A stretch of 63,364 nt of DNA, counting the filler. It is 3 parts of 3 records of this genome, joined end to end, with 100 filler letters (N's around TTAATTAATTAA, not from the genome) between each part and the next. Parts side by side here need not be neighbours in the genome. Positions count along the whole stretch, not along the records: positions 26,230 to 54,729 come from SRR22947727_1064; 2 more parts are not named here. One strand, given 5' to 3'. The notes beneath the pieces were generated by a model that was not told the origin of the DNA, searched no databases, and saw only the letters and a program-made list of their open reading frames with translations. Shown here one piece after another: positions 37,724 through 47,530 of the stretch (position 1 is the stretch's first letter; each line of letters starts with the position of its first letter). A program made the translations under genes and the position numbers.

Positions 37724-39661
37724 ATGACTGCAAAAAAGTTGTGGTCTCCCAGCACAACAGATAATAATCTTAACCTTTTTATAAATTATATAGGTGATAA
37801 AGGCAATTTTACCTCTTATAGTGATTTACACAAATGGAGCATTGAACATAAAGAAATTTTTTGGGATAAGTTTTGGTCATTCACAGATATTCAAGGTGAT
37901 AAAAAGGATGATATTTTTATAGACTCAAAGCACTTTATTAAAACAAAATTTTTTAACTCATCAAAATTAAACTATGCAGAAAATTGTCTTCAAAAAAATA
38001 CCAATGAAGATGCAATAATATTTTATAATGAACAGAGACATTCTAAAAAAACAAGTTGGAAAAAATTACGATCAAATGTTTTTAAAATTGCACATTATTT
38101 TAAAAGTATAAATATTAGTCAAAAGGACAGAATAGCTGCAGTTCTTCCAAATATGCCAGAAACTGTTGAAGCATTTTTGGCTTGTGCACAAATAGGTGCT
38201 ATTTGGTCATCATGCTCATCTGACTTTGGGCCTAAAGCTATTATAGATAGATTTAAACAAATTGATCCAAAGATACTAATTATTACAGATTATTATTTTT
38301 ATAATAATAAAAAAATTGATACCTTAAAAGATATTCATTCTATAATTAAAGAAATCCCTTCAATAGAAAATATAATTATAATTCCATATGCAGACGATAA
38401 AATTTTAATAAAAAATTTTGAATATACAAATTGGAATGAAATATTAAATTCACAAGATAAATTTGAAAAGTTTGAAAAATTTAACTTTAATCACCCTCTT
38501 TACATTTTGTTTTCAAGCGGAACTACAGGTGCACCCAAATGTATTGTTCATGGGGCTGGTGGATCATTAATACAACATAAAAAGGAACATCAACTTCATT
38601 TAGATATAAAAAAAAATGATAAGGTTTTTTATTTTACAACCTGTGGTTGGATGATGTGGAATTGGCTAATATCCAGTTTAGCTTCAAAAAGTAGTATTGT
38701 GTTATATGATGGGTCACCTTTTTTTCCAGATAACAAACACCTATTTGAAATAATAGAGAAGGAAGATATAACTTTTTTTGGAACGGGCGCTAAATACATT
38801 GATCACTTAAAACAAAATCAAATATCAATAAAAGATCAGCATAAATTATCAAAACTAAAAACTATGGCTTCGACTGGATCTCCTCTTGTCCAAGAATCAT
38901 TTGATTATGTTTATGAAAATATAAAAAATAATTTGCATTTAGCATCTATTAGTGGCGGAACAGATATAGTTTCTTGTTTTGTAACTGGAAATCCAAACAT
39001 GGATATCTATTCAGGTGAAATTCAATGCGCAGCATTAGGGATGGATGTTGATATATTTGACCAAAAAGGAAAATCACTAAAACAACAAAAAGGTGAATTA
39101 GTTTGCAAAACTCCTTTTCCTTCTAAGCCAATCTATTTCTGGAACGATGAGAATAATAACAAATACCTAAATGCTTATTTTCAAAAATATGAAAATATTT
39201 GGCATCACGGAGATTATTGTGAACAAACAATAAATGATGGATACATAATTTATGGAAGATCTGATGCTACCCTAAATGCTGGTGGAGTTAGAATTGGCAC
39301 ATCTGAAATTTATAGAGTAGTAGAAAATATTGATAAAATTATAGAATGTGTAGCTGTTGAACATAATTTATATGCTGATACTGAGGTTATTTTGTTTGTT
39401 AAACTAAATTCAAGTAATAGCTTAGATGATAAACTAATAAAAAATATTAAATTAGAAATAAGAACGAATTTATCACCTAAACATATTCCGAGTAAAGTTT
39501 TTGAAGTTTCAGACATTCCAAAAACTAAAAGTGGTAAAATAGTTGAATTATCAATTAAAAATATAATTAATGGAATGGAAATAGAGAACAAAAATACTTT
39601 AGCAAATCCTGATTGTTTAAAAGAATATCAAAGTATATATAATTTATTAAAGGAAAATTAA
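37724..39661 (+). CDS. Acetoacetate--CoA ligase
   Basis: SSGTTGAPKCIVH, YFTTCGWMMWNWL, SISGGTDI, GRSDATLN.GGVRIGT. Confidence 0.92.
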   Translation: MTAKKLWSPSTTDNNLNLFINYIGDKGNFTSYSDLHKWSIEHKEIFWDKFWSFTDIQGDKKDDIFIDSKHFIKTKFFNSSKLNYAENCLQKNTNEDAIIFYNEQRHSKKTSWKKLRSNVFKIAHYFKSINISQKDRIAAVLPNMPETVEAFLACAQIGAIWSSCSSDFGPKAIIDRFKQIDPKILIITDYYFYNNKKIDTLKDIHSIIKEIPSIENIIIIPYADDKILIKNFEYTNWNEILNSQDKFEKFEKFNFNHPLYILFSSGTTGAPKCIVHGAGGSLIQHKKEHQLHLDIKKNDKVFYFTTCGWMMWNWLISSLASKSSIVLYDGSPFFPDNKHLFEIIEKEDITFFGTGAKYIDHLKQNQISIKDQHKLSKLKTMASTGSPLVQESFDYVYENIKNNLHLASISGGTDIVSCFVTGNPNMDIYSGEIQCAALGMDVDIFDQKGKSLKQQKGELVCKTPFPSKPIYFWNDENNNKYLNAYFQKYENIWHHGDYCEQTINDGYIIYGRSDATLNAGGVRIGTSEIYRVVENIDKIIECVAVEHNLYADTEVILFVKLNSSNSLDDKLIKNIKLEIRTNLSPKHIPSKVFEVSDIPKTKSGKIVELSIKNIINGMEIENKNTLANPDCLKEYQSIYNLLKEN

Positions 39662-39664
39662 AAA

Positions 39665-40648
39665 ATGCCAAAACATGTAATTATATCTAAATTAGGTGGT
39701 CCAGAAGTTCTTAAATACCAAGAATATAATTTACCAAATGAAATTAAAGCTAATGAAGTAAGAATTAAACAATCTTCAATTGGCTTAAACTATATAGATA
39801 CATACCATAGAAGTGGCATCTATCCATTGCCATCAGATTTACCTGTATGCCCTGGAATGGAAGCTGCAGGGGAAGTTATTGACGTAGGCTCAGAAGTTGT
39901 TAATTTCAAAATAGGAGATAGAGTCGTGTATGCAACTCCACCTATTGGTGCATATTGTGAAATTAGGGATTTTCCTGAGGAAAAATTAATATCAATTCCT
40001 GAATTTTTAACAAATGATGAAGTCGCGTCTGTTTTATTACAAGGAATGACAGTAGAATATTTGTTCGAAAGATTGTACAAAATTAAAAAAGACGATTTTA
40101 TATTATTTCATGCTGCTGCTGGTGGTGTAGGTTTAATTGCATGTCAGTGGGCTAGATCTGTTGGTTGCAGAATGATAGGCACAGTAAGCACTAAAGAAAA
40201 AGCTGAACTAGCTATGGAAAACGGATGTGAAATTGCAATTAATTACAAAGAAGAAAAAATTGCCGAAAAAGTAATGGAAATTACAAAGAATAAAGGTGTT
40301 CCTGTTGTTTATGATGGGGTTGGTAAAGATACATTTGATGAGTCAATACAGTCTCTTTCAACAAGAGGTTTAATGGTTTCTTTTGGTCAATCATCAGGAA
40401 TGGTAGAAAAAATAGACATGCACAAAATTTTTAATCCAAAAAGCCTGTTTTACACCAGACCAAGTCTTATGGGTTACACACTTAATCGGGAGGAGCTAAT
40501 AAATTGCTCGAATAAGTTATTTGAAAAAATGAAAAATAAAGATGTGAAATCTAATATTTATAAAAAATTTAAATTGGAAGAAGCTGAAGAAGCTCATAAA
40601 ACGATACAATCAAGAGAGAGTTCTGGTTCAATAATTTTAGAACCATAA
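39665..40648 (+). CDS. qor: NADPH:quinone oxidoreductase (zeta-crystallin family)
   Basis: GLNYIDTY.RSG.YP, HAAAGGVG, YDGVGK.TF, SFGQSSG. Confidence 0.92.
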   Translation: MPKHVIISKLGGPEVLKYQEYNLPNEIKANEVRIKQSSIGLNYIDTYHRSGIYPLPSDLPVCPGMEAAGEVIDVGSEVVNFKIGDRVVYATPPIGAYCEIRDFPEEKLISIPEFLTNDEVASVLLQGMTVEYLFERLYKIKKDDFILFHAAAGGVGLIACQWARSVGCRMIGTVSTKEKAELAMENGCEIAINYKEEKIAEKVMEITKNKGVPVVYDGVGKDTFDESIQSLSTRGLMVSFGQSSGMVEKIDMHKIFNPKSLFYTRPSLMGYTLNREELINCSNKLFEKMKNKDVKSNIYKKFKLEEAEEAHKTIQSRESSGSIILEP

Positions 40649-40649
40649 T

Positions 40650-40724
40650 TGGCGACCCCTAGGAGAATCGAACTCCTCTTTCCTGGATGAAAACCAGGTG
40701 TCCTAACCGATAGACGAAGGGGTC
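40650..40724 (-). tRNA. tRNA-Glu (TTC)
   Basis: GACCCCTTCGTCTATCGGTTAGGACACCTGG-TTTTCAT-CCAGGAAAGAGGAGTTCGATTCTCCTAGGGGTCGCCA. Confidence 0.97.
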
Positions 40725-40768
40725 ATCTGAGAAGTTATATACATATTAAACTTAATATTTCAAATTAT

Positions 40769-42535
40769 TTAATCAATTTTCATTATATCTCTTATGATAA
40801 TTTGAGGTGCTGGCTCGGATGTGAATTTATCTATTGATACAGAGCAAGAGAATAAAAATTTGTATTGATTAAATTTCTCTAAATAGTCACCCAGAACATT
40901 TTTTTTGGAATTAAAGCATATTCCTTTAATTTTATTACCCATGTCATTTTCAAAAAAAATTAATAGGTGTTTATTTTTTATAATTTTTATAGAATCAATT
41001 ACAATATCTTTTAATATAAATACTGGCTCTGGATTACCTTTGCCAAAAGGCTGTAATTGGTCAATTCCATTGATTAAATCTAGATTAAGATCATTTACAG
41101 TTATCACTGAATCAAAATAATCAATTCTATCAAATAGACTTTTCGAATAAAGTGATAAAGATTTTTCAAGATATATTTTAAAATTTTCCATATTAGAAAA
41201 ATTAATCTTTAAACCAGCAGCCATTGAGTGCCCTCCTCCACTAATTAAAAGTTTCTCTGACTTAGCATTTAAAATTATTTTCCCTAAATCAACATTCTCG
41301 ATTGATCTCGCTGAACCAATTCCAACATTATTTGAAAAAGAAATAACAATAGTAGGTTTATAATAAATGTCTTTAATTTTACTTGCAATAATACCTAAGA
41401 CTCCTTGATGCCAATTATTACCAAAAACTAAAATATAATTCGAATTACTTTGATTTGCTGCCTGATGATTTGCCTCATCTAAGATTTGACTTTCAATTAA
41501 TTTTCTTTTTTCATTTAACAAAAATAGCTTTCTGCTTATTGATTCAATTTGCTCAATATCATTTGATATTAATAATTTTGAAGCAAGGGAAGAATCATCA
41601 ATTCTACTAGCAGCATTAATTTGAGGACCAACAACAAAACCTAAATCCTGAGAAGTGGGGGATGAAGCAATTTTTGAATTATCAATTAATTTCGCAATAC
41701 CCTTATGGTATCTTTTATGAATAAGTTCTAATCCTTTTTTAACAAAGAATCTATTATAACGCTTTAACTCAACCACATCACAAACAGTCCCTAAAGCAAC
41801 AAGATCCAAATAAGACAAAAGATTTGGCTCTTTTAATTCATGGAATTTATTTTTTTCTCTTAATTTTTTCCTAAGATACATTAGAAATAAAAAAGTTACG
41901 CCAACAGCAGCTAATTGCTTATAGTCACTTGTATCATCTACCCTATTTGGATTTATTATAGCTAAAACATTAGGTAAATTAATTTCACTTAAATGATGAT
42001 CAATTACTATAACATCAATATTTTTAAATTCTTTATTATCTATAATTTCATTTGATGTTGTGCCACAATCAAGGGTGAGAAGTAGATCAACTTTTTTATT
42101 CAACATCTCTCTCATCAATTTAATATTAGGACCATATCCATCAACTAATCTATTAGGTATTTTTAAGATTATGGAAGAGGTAAAATTTTTTAGAAATTTA
42201 AATAAAATTGAAGCCGATGTGGAGCCGTCAACATCATAATCAGCAATAATTCCAATTCGTTCTTTTTTTTCTATTGCCTGAATAACCCTTGAAGTTGCCA
42301 TCTCTATATCTTTTAATTTAGCAGGATTGGGAATGTCATTATTTATGTTAGGATCAAGAAAATTTTCTATATAATCTTTATCAACACCCCTAATGGATAA
42401 TAGTTTAGCTACAATATACTTTAGGTTAAATTTTTGGGTAAAATAAATTACGTTTCTTTCATCAAAATCATGAAGTTTCCATCTTCTACTTAGTAGAGAT
42501 TTTTTATTATCAATATTGATAATATCAATACTCAA
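40769..42535 (-). CDS. recJ: Single-stranded-DNA exonuclease RecJ
   Basis: DYDVDG, LDCGT, IDHH, LVALGTVCD, GSARS, GGGH.MAAG, PFG.GNPEP. Confidence 0.96.
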   Translation of the reverse strand: MSIDIINIDNKKSLLSRRWKLHDFDERNVIYFTQKFNLKYIVAKLLSIRGVDKDYIENFLDPNINNDIPNPAKLKDIEMATSRVIQAIEKKERIGIIADYDVDGSTSASILFKFLKNFTSSIILKIPNRLVDGYGPNIKLMREMLNKKVDLLLTLDCGTTSNEIIDNKEFKNIDVIVIDHHLSEINLPNVLAIINPNRVDDTSDYKQLAAVGVTFLFLMYLRKKLREKNKFHELKEPNLLSYLDLVALGTVCDVVELKRYNRFFVKKGLELIHKRYHKGIAKLIDNSKIASSPTSQDLGFVVGPQINAASRIDDSSLASKLLISNDIEQIESISRKLFLLNEKRKLIESQILDEANHQAANQSNSNYILVFGNNWHQGVLGIIASKIKDIYYKPTIVISFSNNVGIGSARSIENVDLGKIILNAKSEKLLISGGGHSMAAGLKINFSNMENFKIYLEKSLSLYSKSLFDRIDYFDSVITVNDLNLDLINGIDQLQPFGKGNPEPVFILKDIVIDSIKIIKNKHLLIFFENDMGNKIKGICFNSKKNVLGDYLEKFNQYKFLFSCSVSIDKFTSEPAPQIIIRDIMKID

Positions 42536-43820
42536 TGGGTATTACAGAAATATTTTCAAAGACAAAATCAAGGCCCTCAATTTTTTTTACAGAACTTAAT
42601 AGTTTGGATGATTTAATTTTGTGTGTAGTAATCAAAATAGGTATGCCCTCAAAATTATTATCTGGAAATTGTAATATTTTCTCAATTGATATATTTGTGT
42701 CATTAAAATAACTTGTTATCATTGATAGCACTCCAGGTTCATCTTTAACGCGTATTCTTAAATAATATTTTATTTCAAGATCTGATGAATTATATTTTTC
42801 AAATTTAACAAGTTTTGATTGAGCAAAGCCAAGAGATTTATAACTAGAGCTGTAGGATATTTCGTAAATATCAGAAAGAACTGAACTAGCCGTAGGGAAT
42901 CCCCCCGCTCCCTCCCCTTCTAAATATAAGTTTTTAAGTTGGTCTGTTTCAACATTAATAGCATTCAAAGCGCCTTCTGTGTTTGCAATTGGATTTTCTT
43001 TAGAAATTAATTTTGGTTTTGTAGATGCATATATTTTACCTTCAATTAAAGAGCACTCAGATATCAATTTAATCCTATAACCCAACTGTTTTGCAAATTT
43101 AATGTCTTCAATTGTTATTTTTTCAATTCCTTCAATATCATTTACTTCAAAATCCACATTAGATCCATATGCCAAACTTGTAAGTAGAGTTAACTTATGG
43201 GCAGCATCATACCCACCAATATCTAATTTGGATTCATGATCAGAGGTAAAACCTTTTATTTTAGCATCAGCTAAAACATCTTCAAAATTTTTATCTTCTG
43301 ACTCCATAGTTGTTAAAATATAATTTGTAGTTCCATTTAAAATACCTGAAATTTTATTAATTTTATTTAAAAAAATATTATTCTTGATAGTTTTAATAAT
43401 CGGTATACCTCCCGCGACAGCTGCTTCAAATAATAGTAAAACTTTATTTTTTTCAGCAATATTAAAAAGTTCATTACCGTGCATTGCAAGCATGGCTTTA
43501 TTACCTGTCACAACATTAATTTTTTTATTTAATGCAGATTTTACCACCTCATAACTAATATCTTTTTCGCACCCAATTAATTCAATCAGAACATCAGGTT
43601 TTTCACCTTTAATGTTCAGTAACCGCATAGGATCATCAACCCAAAAATATTTTTTAATATTAAAATTTCTTTTTTTTGTTTTATTTTTAGCTGATAAACC
43701 AATAATATTAATGTTGAATTCTGACTTTCGCTTGACTAATTCAACGTTTTTTTCAATTAAATGAACTAGAGCTGACCCAACATTGCCCAAACCAGCAATA
43801 CTTATGTTTATATTTTTCAT
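42525..43820 (-). CDS. hom: Homoserine dehydrogenase with ACT domain
   Basis: GLGNVG, VVTGNKA, FEAAVAGGIP, GILNGTTNYIL, GEGAG..PTAS. Confidence 0.95.
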   Translation of the reverse strand: MKNINISIAGLGNVGSALVHLIEKNVELVKRKSEFNINIIGLSAKNKTKKRNFNIKKYFWVDDPMRLLNIKGEKPDVLIELIGCEKDISYEVVKSALNKKINVVTGNKAMLAMHGNELFNIAEKNKVLLLFEAAVAGGIPIIKTIKNNIFLNKINKISGILNGTTNYILTTMESEDKNFEDVLADAKIKGFTSDHESKLDIGGYDAAHKLTLLTSLAYGSNVDFEVNDIEGIEKITIEDIKFAKQLGYRIKLISECSLIEGKIYASTKPKLISKENPIANTEGALNAINVETDQLKNLYLEGEGAGGFPTASSVLSDIYEISYSSSYKSLGFAQSKLVKFEKYNSSDLEIKYYLRIRVKDEPGVLSMITSYFNDTNISIEKILQFPDNNFEGIPILITTHKIKSSKLLSSVKKIEGLDFVFENISVIPIEY

Positions 43821-44002
43821 TAGTTAGTTTGCTTTTCTTTAATACATCTATCAATTTCACTTTTATCAGTTGAGTTTAATTGACACAAATCAAATAATTC
43901 TTGATCACTAAGTTTAAGGTCTTTAAAACTTGGGACAGAATCAATATCTGGGTAACCACATGAGAATAAAAGAAATAAAGTGATGCAAAATATAATCCTC
44001 AT
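43820..44002 (-). CDS. Small lipoprotein
   Basis: Signal peptide with lipobox LFSC; 1-nt overlaps with argC and hom. Confidence 0.7.
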   Translation of the reverse strand: MRIIFCITLFLLFSCGYPDIDSVPSFKDLKLSDQELFDLCQLNSTDKSEIDRCIKEKQTN

Positions 44003-45027
44003 TAAATAAGCCCTGAAGACTCTTCAAAACCTTTACTTAAATTAAAGCATTGAACAGCTTGACCTGCAGCACCTTTTTGAAGATTGTCAATCAAACTAAC
44101 TATAATGATTTTAGAATCATCATAATGTTTAAAAATTTTCAACACACATTTGTTTGTGTTTTGAACTAAAAAGAAATCTGCTCTTCGATCGTCACTTATG
44201 AAATCAATAAAATAATTCTCACTATCTAATCGATCAAAACATTTAATTACATCTTTCTCTTTAATGCCATGATTAAGATCACAGTAAATTGTTGACATCA
44301 TTCCTCTAAAGTTTGGGAGAATATGTGGATTGAATGAAAAAAACACTTCTCCTTTATTAATTTTTTCTAATTCTTGACGTATCTCAGATATATGTCTGTG
44401 TTGATTTGTATTGTAATTAAAGAAATTATAATCATTTGAGTTTTCTATGTTACCTTTATCAAAATTTTTACCAGCACCACTGTATCCTGATTTAGAGTCA
44501 AATATTAAATTTGAGTCTTTTATCAAATTGTTACTTAAGAGAGGTAAGGTTGGGATAAGAATAGAGGTAGGATAACATCCCGGTACAGCAATGTTTTTAC
44601 TATTGGCTATTTCATTTTTATTAAATTCAGGTAGACCATAAATAAAATCTTGTAATAAACTTGAGCAAGAATGTTTTGATCCATAATTTTTTTTATAAAT
44701 CTCAAAATTATCTAATCTAAAATCAGCTGATAAATCAATTATTTGAATCTTATTATAAAATAATTTAACATATTCATTTGAGATACTATGTGGAAGAGCT
44801 AAAAAAACTGTATCGGCAATATTGTAATCAAAATCTCTATTTAATTGAGTGTTTGGTATATTAGAATTATCAATAAAGGAGTCTAATTTTTGAATTGATA
44901 TATTAGGTGATTTCTCAGTTCCTAAAAATACAATATCAATATTGGGGTGTTTAGATAAAATTTTAACAAGCTCTAATCCAACATAACCAGTTGAGCCAAG
45001 TATGGCTACTGATACTTTTTTGGACAT
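44002..45027 (-). CDS. argC: N-acetyl-gamma-glutamyl-phosphate reductase
   Basis: G.TGYVG, IDLSADFRL, PGCYPT, SGYSGAG, HRH..E, IDNL.KGAAGQA. Confidence 0.96.
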   Translation of the reverse strand: MSKKVSVAILGSTGYVGLELVKILSKHPNIDIVFLGTEKSPNISIQKLDSFIDNSNIPNTQLNRDFDYNIADTVFLALPHSISNEYVKLFYNKIQIIDLSADFRLDNFEIYKKNYGSKHSCSSLLQDFIYGLPEFNKNEIANSKNIAVPGCYPTSILIPTLPLLSNNLIKDSNLIFDSKSGYSGAGKNFDKGNIENSNDYNFFNYNTNQHRHISEIRQELEKINKGEVFFSFNPHILPNFRGMMSTIYCDLNHGIKEKDVIKCFDRLDSENYFIDFISDDRRADFFLVQNTNKCVLKIFKHYDDSKIIIVSLIDNLQKGAAGQAVQCFNLSKGFEESSGLI

Positions 45028-45035
45028 GGTTAATA

Positions 45036-45476
45036 CTATCTTTTAGAAAATTGGTAACTTCTTCTTGCTTTAGCTAAACCAGGTTTTTTTCTTTCTACTA
45101 CTCTTGAATCCCTAGTAATATAACCAGCTTTTTTTAATGCAGGCCTAAGTGAAGAGTCATATAAACTTAGAGCTTTGCTTATACCGTGTCTTATAGCACC
45201 AGCCTGGCCTGATAATCCCCCACCTTTAACGGTTGCCATAATTTCATAACCGCCTTCACCATCAACAACATTTAGTGGTTGATTAACGATCATTTGCAAC
45301 ACAGGTCTTGCAAAATATTTATCTAGAGACTTACCATTTACAGAAATTGAACCGGATCCAAGCTTTAACCAAACTCTGGCAATAGAGTTTTTTCTTTTGC
45401 CTGTTGCATAAGCTCTTTGCTTAACATCCAGATTAATAGGTTTAATTTCTTCTTTAATAGTATCAGTATTTTCCAT
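45036..45476 (-). CDS. rpsI: 30S ribosomal protein S9
   Basis: [27 protein letters not shown]...AR...QFSKR. Confidence 0.97.
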   Translation of the reverse strand: MENTDTIKEEIKPINLDVKQRAYATGKRKNSIARVWLKLGSGSISVNGKSLDKYFARPVLQMIVNQPLNVVDGEGGYEIMATVKGGGLSGQAGAIRHGISKALSLYDSSLRPALKKAGYITRDSRVVERKKPGLAKARRSYQFSKR

Positions 45477-45478
45477 AA

Positions 45479-45940
45479 TTATCTTTTTACGTTTTTATTA
45501 TTCAGTTTTTCAAAATCTATTTTTTGAGGTTGTTGTGCGGTATGAGAATGATCTTCACCAGAGTAAATCTTGCAATTAGATAGCTGCTGTCTACCCAAAG
45601 GTCCGCTTGGTATCATTCTTTTAATTGCTAATTTTATGATGTCGTTTGATTTATTTTTAGCCTTCATTTTTATAGGATTAGTTTCCTTTATCCCCCCAGG
45701 ATAACCTGTATGACGGTAGTAAATTTTATCTGTAATTTTTTTACCAGTAAGATGAACATGATCAGAATTAATGATGATAAGGTTATCTCCACAATCTTGA
45801 TTGGGAGTATAATTTGGTTTGTTTTTACCTCTTAATATATTAGCACAATGAACGGCTAACCTTCCAAGTACTGCATCTTTAGCATCAATTAATAACCATT
45901 TTTTTTTAACATCTTCTTTTCTTAGGCTAAACGTTTTCAT
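45479..45940 (-). CDS. rplM: 50S ribosomal protein L13
   Basis: W.LIDA....LGRLA, GK.KP.YTP..DCGD, HTGYPGG. Confidence 0.97.
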   Translation of the reverse strand: MKTFSLRKEDVKKKWLLIDAKDAVLGRLAVHCANILRGKNKPNYTPNQDCGDNLIIINSDHVHLTGKKITDKIYYRHTGYPGGIKETNPIKMKAKNKSNDIIKLAIKRMIPSGPLGRQQLSNCKIYSGEDHSHTAQQPQKIDFEKLNNKNVKR

Positions 45941-45985
45941 TGCGGTGCACTTATATATTAGTGAAAATTAAGTCAATATAATAAT

Positions 45986-46014
45986 AAAAAAAACCCTCTA
46001 AATAGAGGGTTTTT
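45986..46014 (-). terminator. Intrinsic terminator downstream of proteorhodopsin (bidirectional shape)
   Basis: AAAAACCCTCTA-AA-TAGAGGGTTTTT inverted repeat with A/T tracts on both sides. Confidence 0.8.
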
Positions 46015-46036
46015 CTAAAATTTTTAAAGAATCTTA

Positions 46037-46741
46037 TTAGGCTTCTTTTGTAGCAACTCCCCAGATAATTAATCCGAATAGTATTTTGTTAACAAAATCA
46101 GCTAAGTTATAAATAAGGTTTAGAGAAGCATCGTTGCCAACGCCCATCATCACACCAAATACATAACCTAGAGGGTAAATAGCCCAACCGACAAGAACAA
46201 TAATTCTTAAAGCGTTGAAAGCTGATTTAATACCTTCTTTTCCATCTGCAGCTTGACTTGCTTCACCTCTGAAGATTTCCCAGATAATAACGGCCCAACC
46301 GATCATACCAATGATGAAACCAAAAGTAGCTCCCACACCGTATAATCCTGTTTCACCAAGGTAACCACCAATAAGCATAACTAAAGTACCAATTAATAAT
46401 CTCCAGAATGAATTAGCTGATACTGACGCACCAACTGCTTTCAAAATAATATAAAATTCAATCATTAGAAGAGGAACAGTAATTAACCAATCAATATATC
46501 TATATACAATCGGTGACTGTCCTTCGCCTTGTGACAATGTATAAACCCAATAATCTCTCATATAATCATAGTGTATTGCCGCAACTAGTGTAACTAGACC
46601 AGCAACTAAAAGAGATAGTCTCCATTCTTTCTTTACATGAAAACCTTCATAAAAAAAGAAAACTGTAGCAGCAATCATTGCAGCATATACTAGCCAAAAT
46701 GATACTCCGACATAATCACTTCCTGATAAAAAATAACTCAT
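46037..46741 (-). CDS. Proteorhodopsin (DTE motif, Leu at position 105, predicted green-absorbing)
   Basis: Helix B His (AIHY), helix C RYIDWLITVPLLMIEF, helix G YNLADFVNK (retinal Lys); SD AAGGAG. Confidence 0.95.
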   Translation of the reverse strand: MSYFLSGSDYVGVSFWLVYAAMIAATVFFFYEGFHVKKEWRLSLLVAGLVTLVAAIHYDYMRDYWVYTLSQGEGQSPIVYRYIDWLITVPLLMIEFYIILKAVGASVSANSFWRLLIGTLVMLIGGYLGETGLYGVGATFGFIIGMIGWAVIIWEIFRGEASQAADGKEGIKSAFNALRIIVLVGWAIYPLGYVFGVMMGVGNDASLNLIYNLADFVNKILFGLIIWGVATKEA

Positions 46742-46872
46742 TTAAACTCCTTATTTTTTGTAATGTTGGCCTTATATGTAAAAAAAAGATATTTTTAAAT
46801 AGTAAATATTAGTAACTTAATAGAGATGTTAATAACATGATCCCTTTAATAACTGAATTATATAAATAATTT

Positions 46873-47229
46873 TTAATTTAATAAACTTTTTAGACTCTTT
46901 GAAATATTTTTAATTTTAACAATATTTTCTCTAAATTTTAGAGAATCACCTTTTATATTATCAGTATTATTATTATTTATAGATGAATTTTTATTATTAT
47001 TTTTTGATATAATTTCATAGGCAAGTGTAATAGAATCATTTTTTTTTAAAATATCATTTAATTTTGAGAGTTTTTCAATTTGTTTCAAGTTAAAGAATCT
47101 TGTTTTACCTTTGTTATCTCTTTTTGATAAATCTTTTAGCTTTGAGTCCCAAAACCTTATAGTGTGCTCTTGGATATTAAGCATTTTTGAGACTTCACTT
47201 ATGCTATAGTATGTTTTTTTAAGTATCAT
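46873..47229 (-). CDS. MerR-family HTH protein downstream of ihfA
   Basis: YYSISEVSKML.I..HTIRFW; typical ihfA-linked position. Confidence 0.8.
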   Translation of the reverse strand: MILKKTYYSISEVSKMLNIQEHTIRFWDSKLKDLSKRDNKGKTRFFNLKQIEKLSKLNDILKKNDSITLAYEIISKNNNKNSSINNNNTDNIKGDSLKFRENIVKIKNISKSLKSLLN

Positions 47230-47524
47230 AATGTTTATTAATAAAATCTAAGGTAATTTTACTTGGCTTAAACTTGAGAACATTACGTTCACTAATCATT
47301 ACATCTTCCATAGTTTTAGGATTACGACCTATTCTACTTTTTTTTCTAAAAACTCTAAAAGTTCCAAAATTATGAATCTTTACATATCCTTTGGTGTTTA
47401 TACCCTCTATAATTATATCAATAATATCATTTACAAAAGTAATACAATCTTTCTTAGTTAATCCAAAATCAATATGAAGGCTTTCTGCAATATCTTCCCT
47501 AGTAAAATTATTTTGATTATTCAT
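47219..47524 (-). CDS. ihfA: Integration host factor alpha subunit
   Basis: TREDIAE, VKI.NFGTF...K..RIGRNPKT, R.V..FKPS. Confidence 0.88.
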   Translation of the reverse strand: MNNQNNFTREDIAESLHIDFGLTKKDCITFVNDIIDIIIEGINTKGYVKIHNFGTFRVFRKKSRIGRNPKTMEDVMISERNVLKFKPSKITLDFINKHYDT

Positions 47525-47530
47525 TTAATT

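Noticed and set aside
32387-40724. Region between two tRNAs as a possible genomic island
   Set aside because: No integrase, no duplicated tRNA 3' ends seen, and the content is housekeeping-like.
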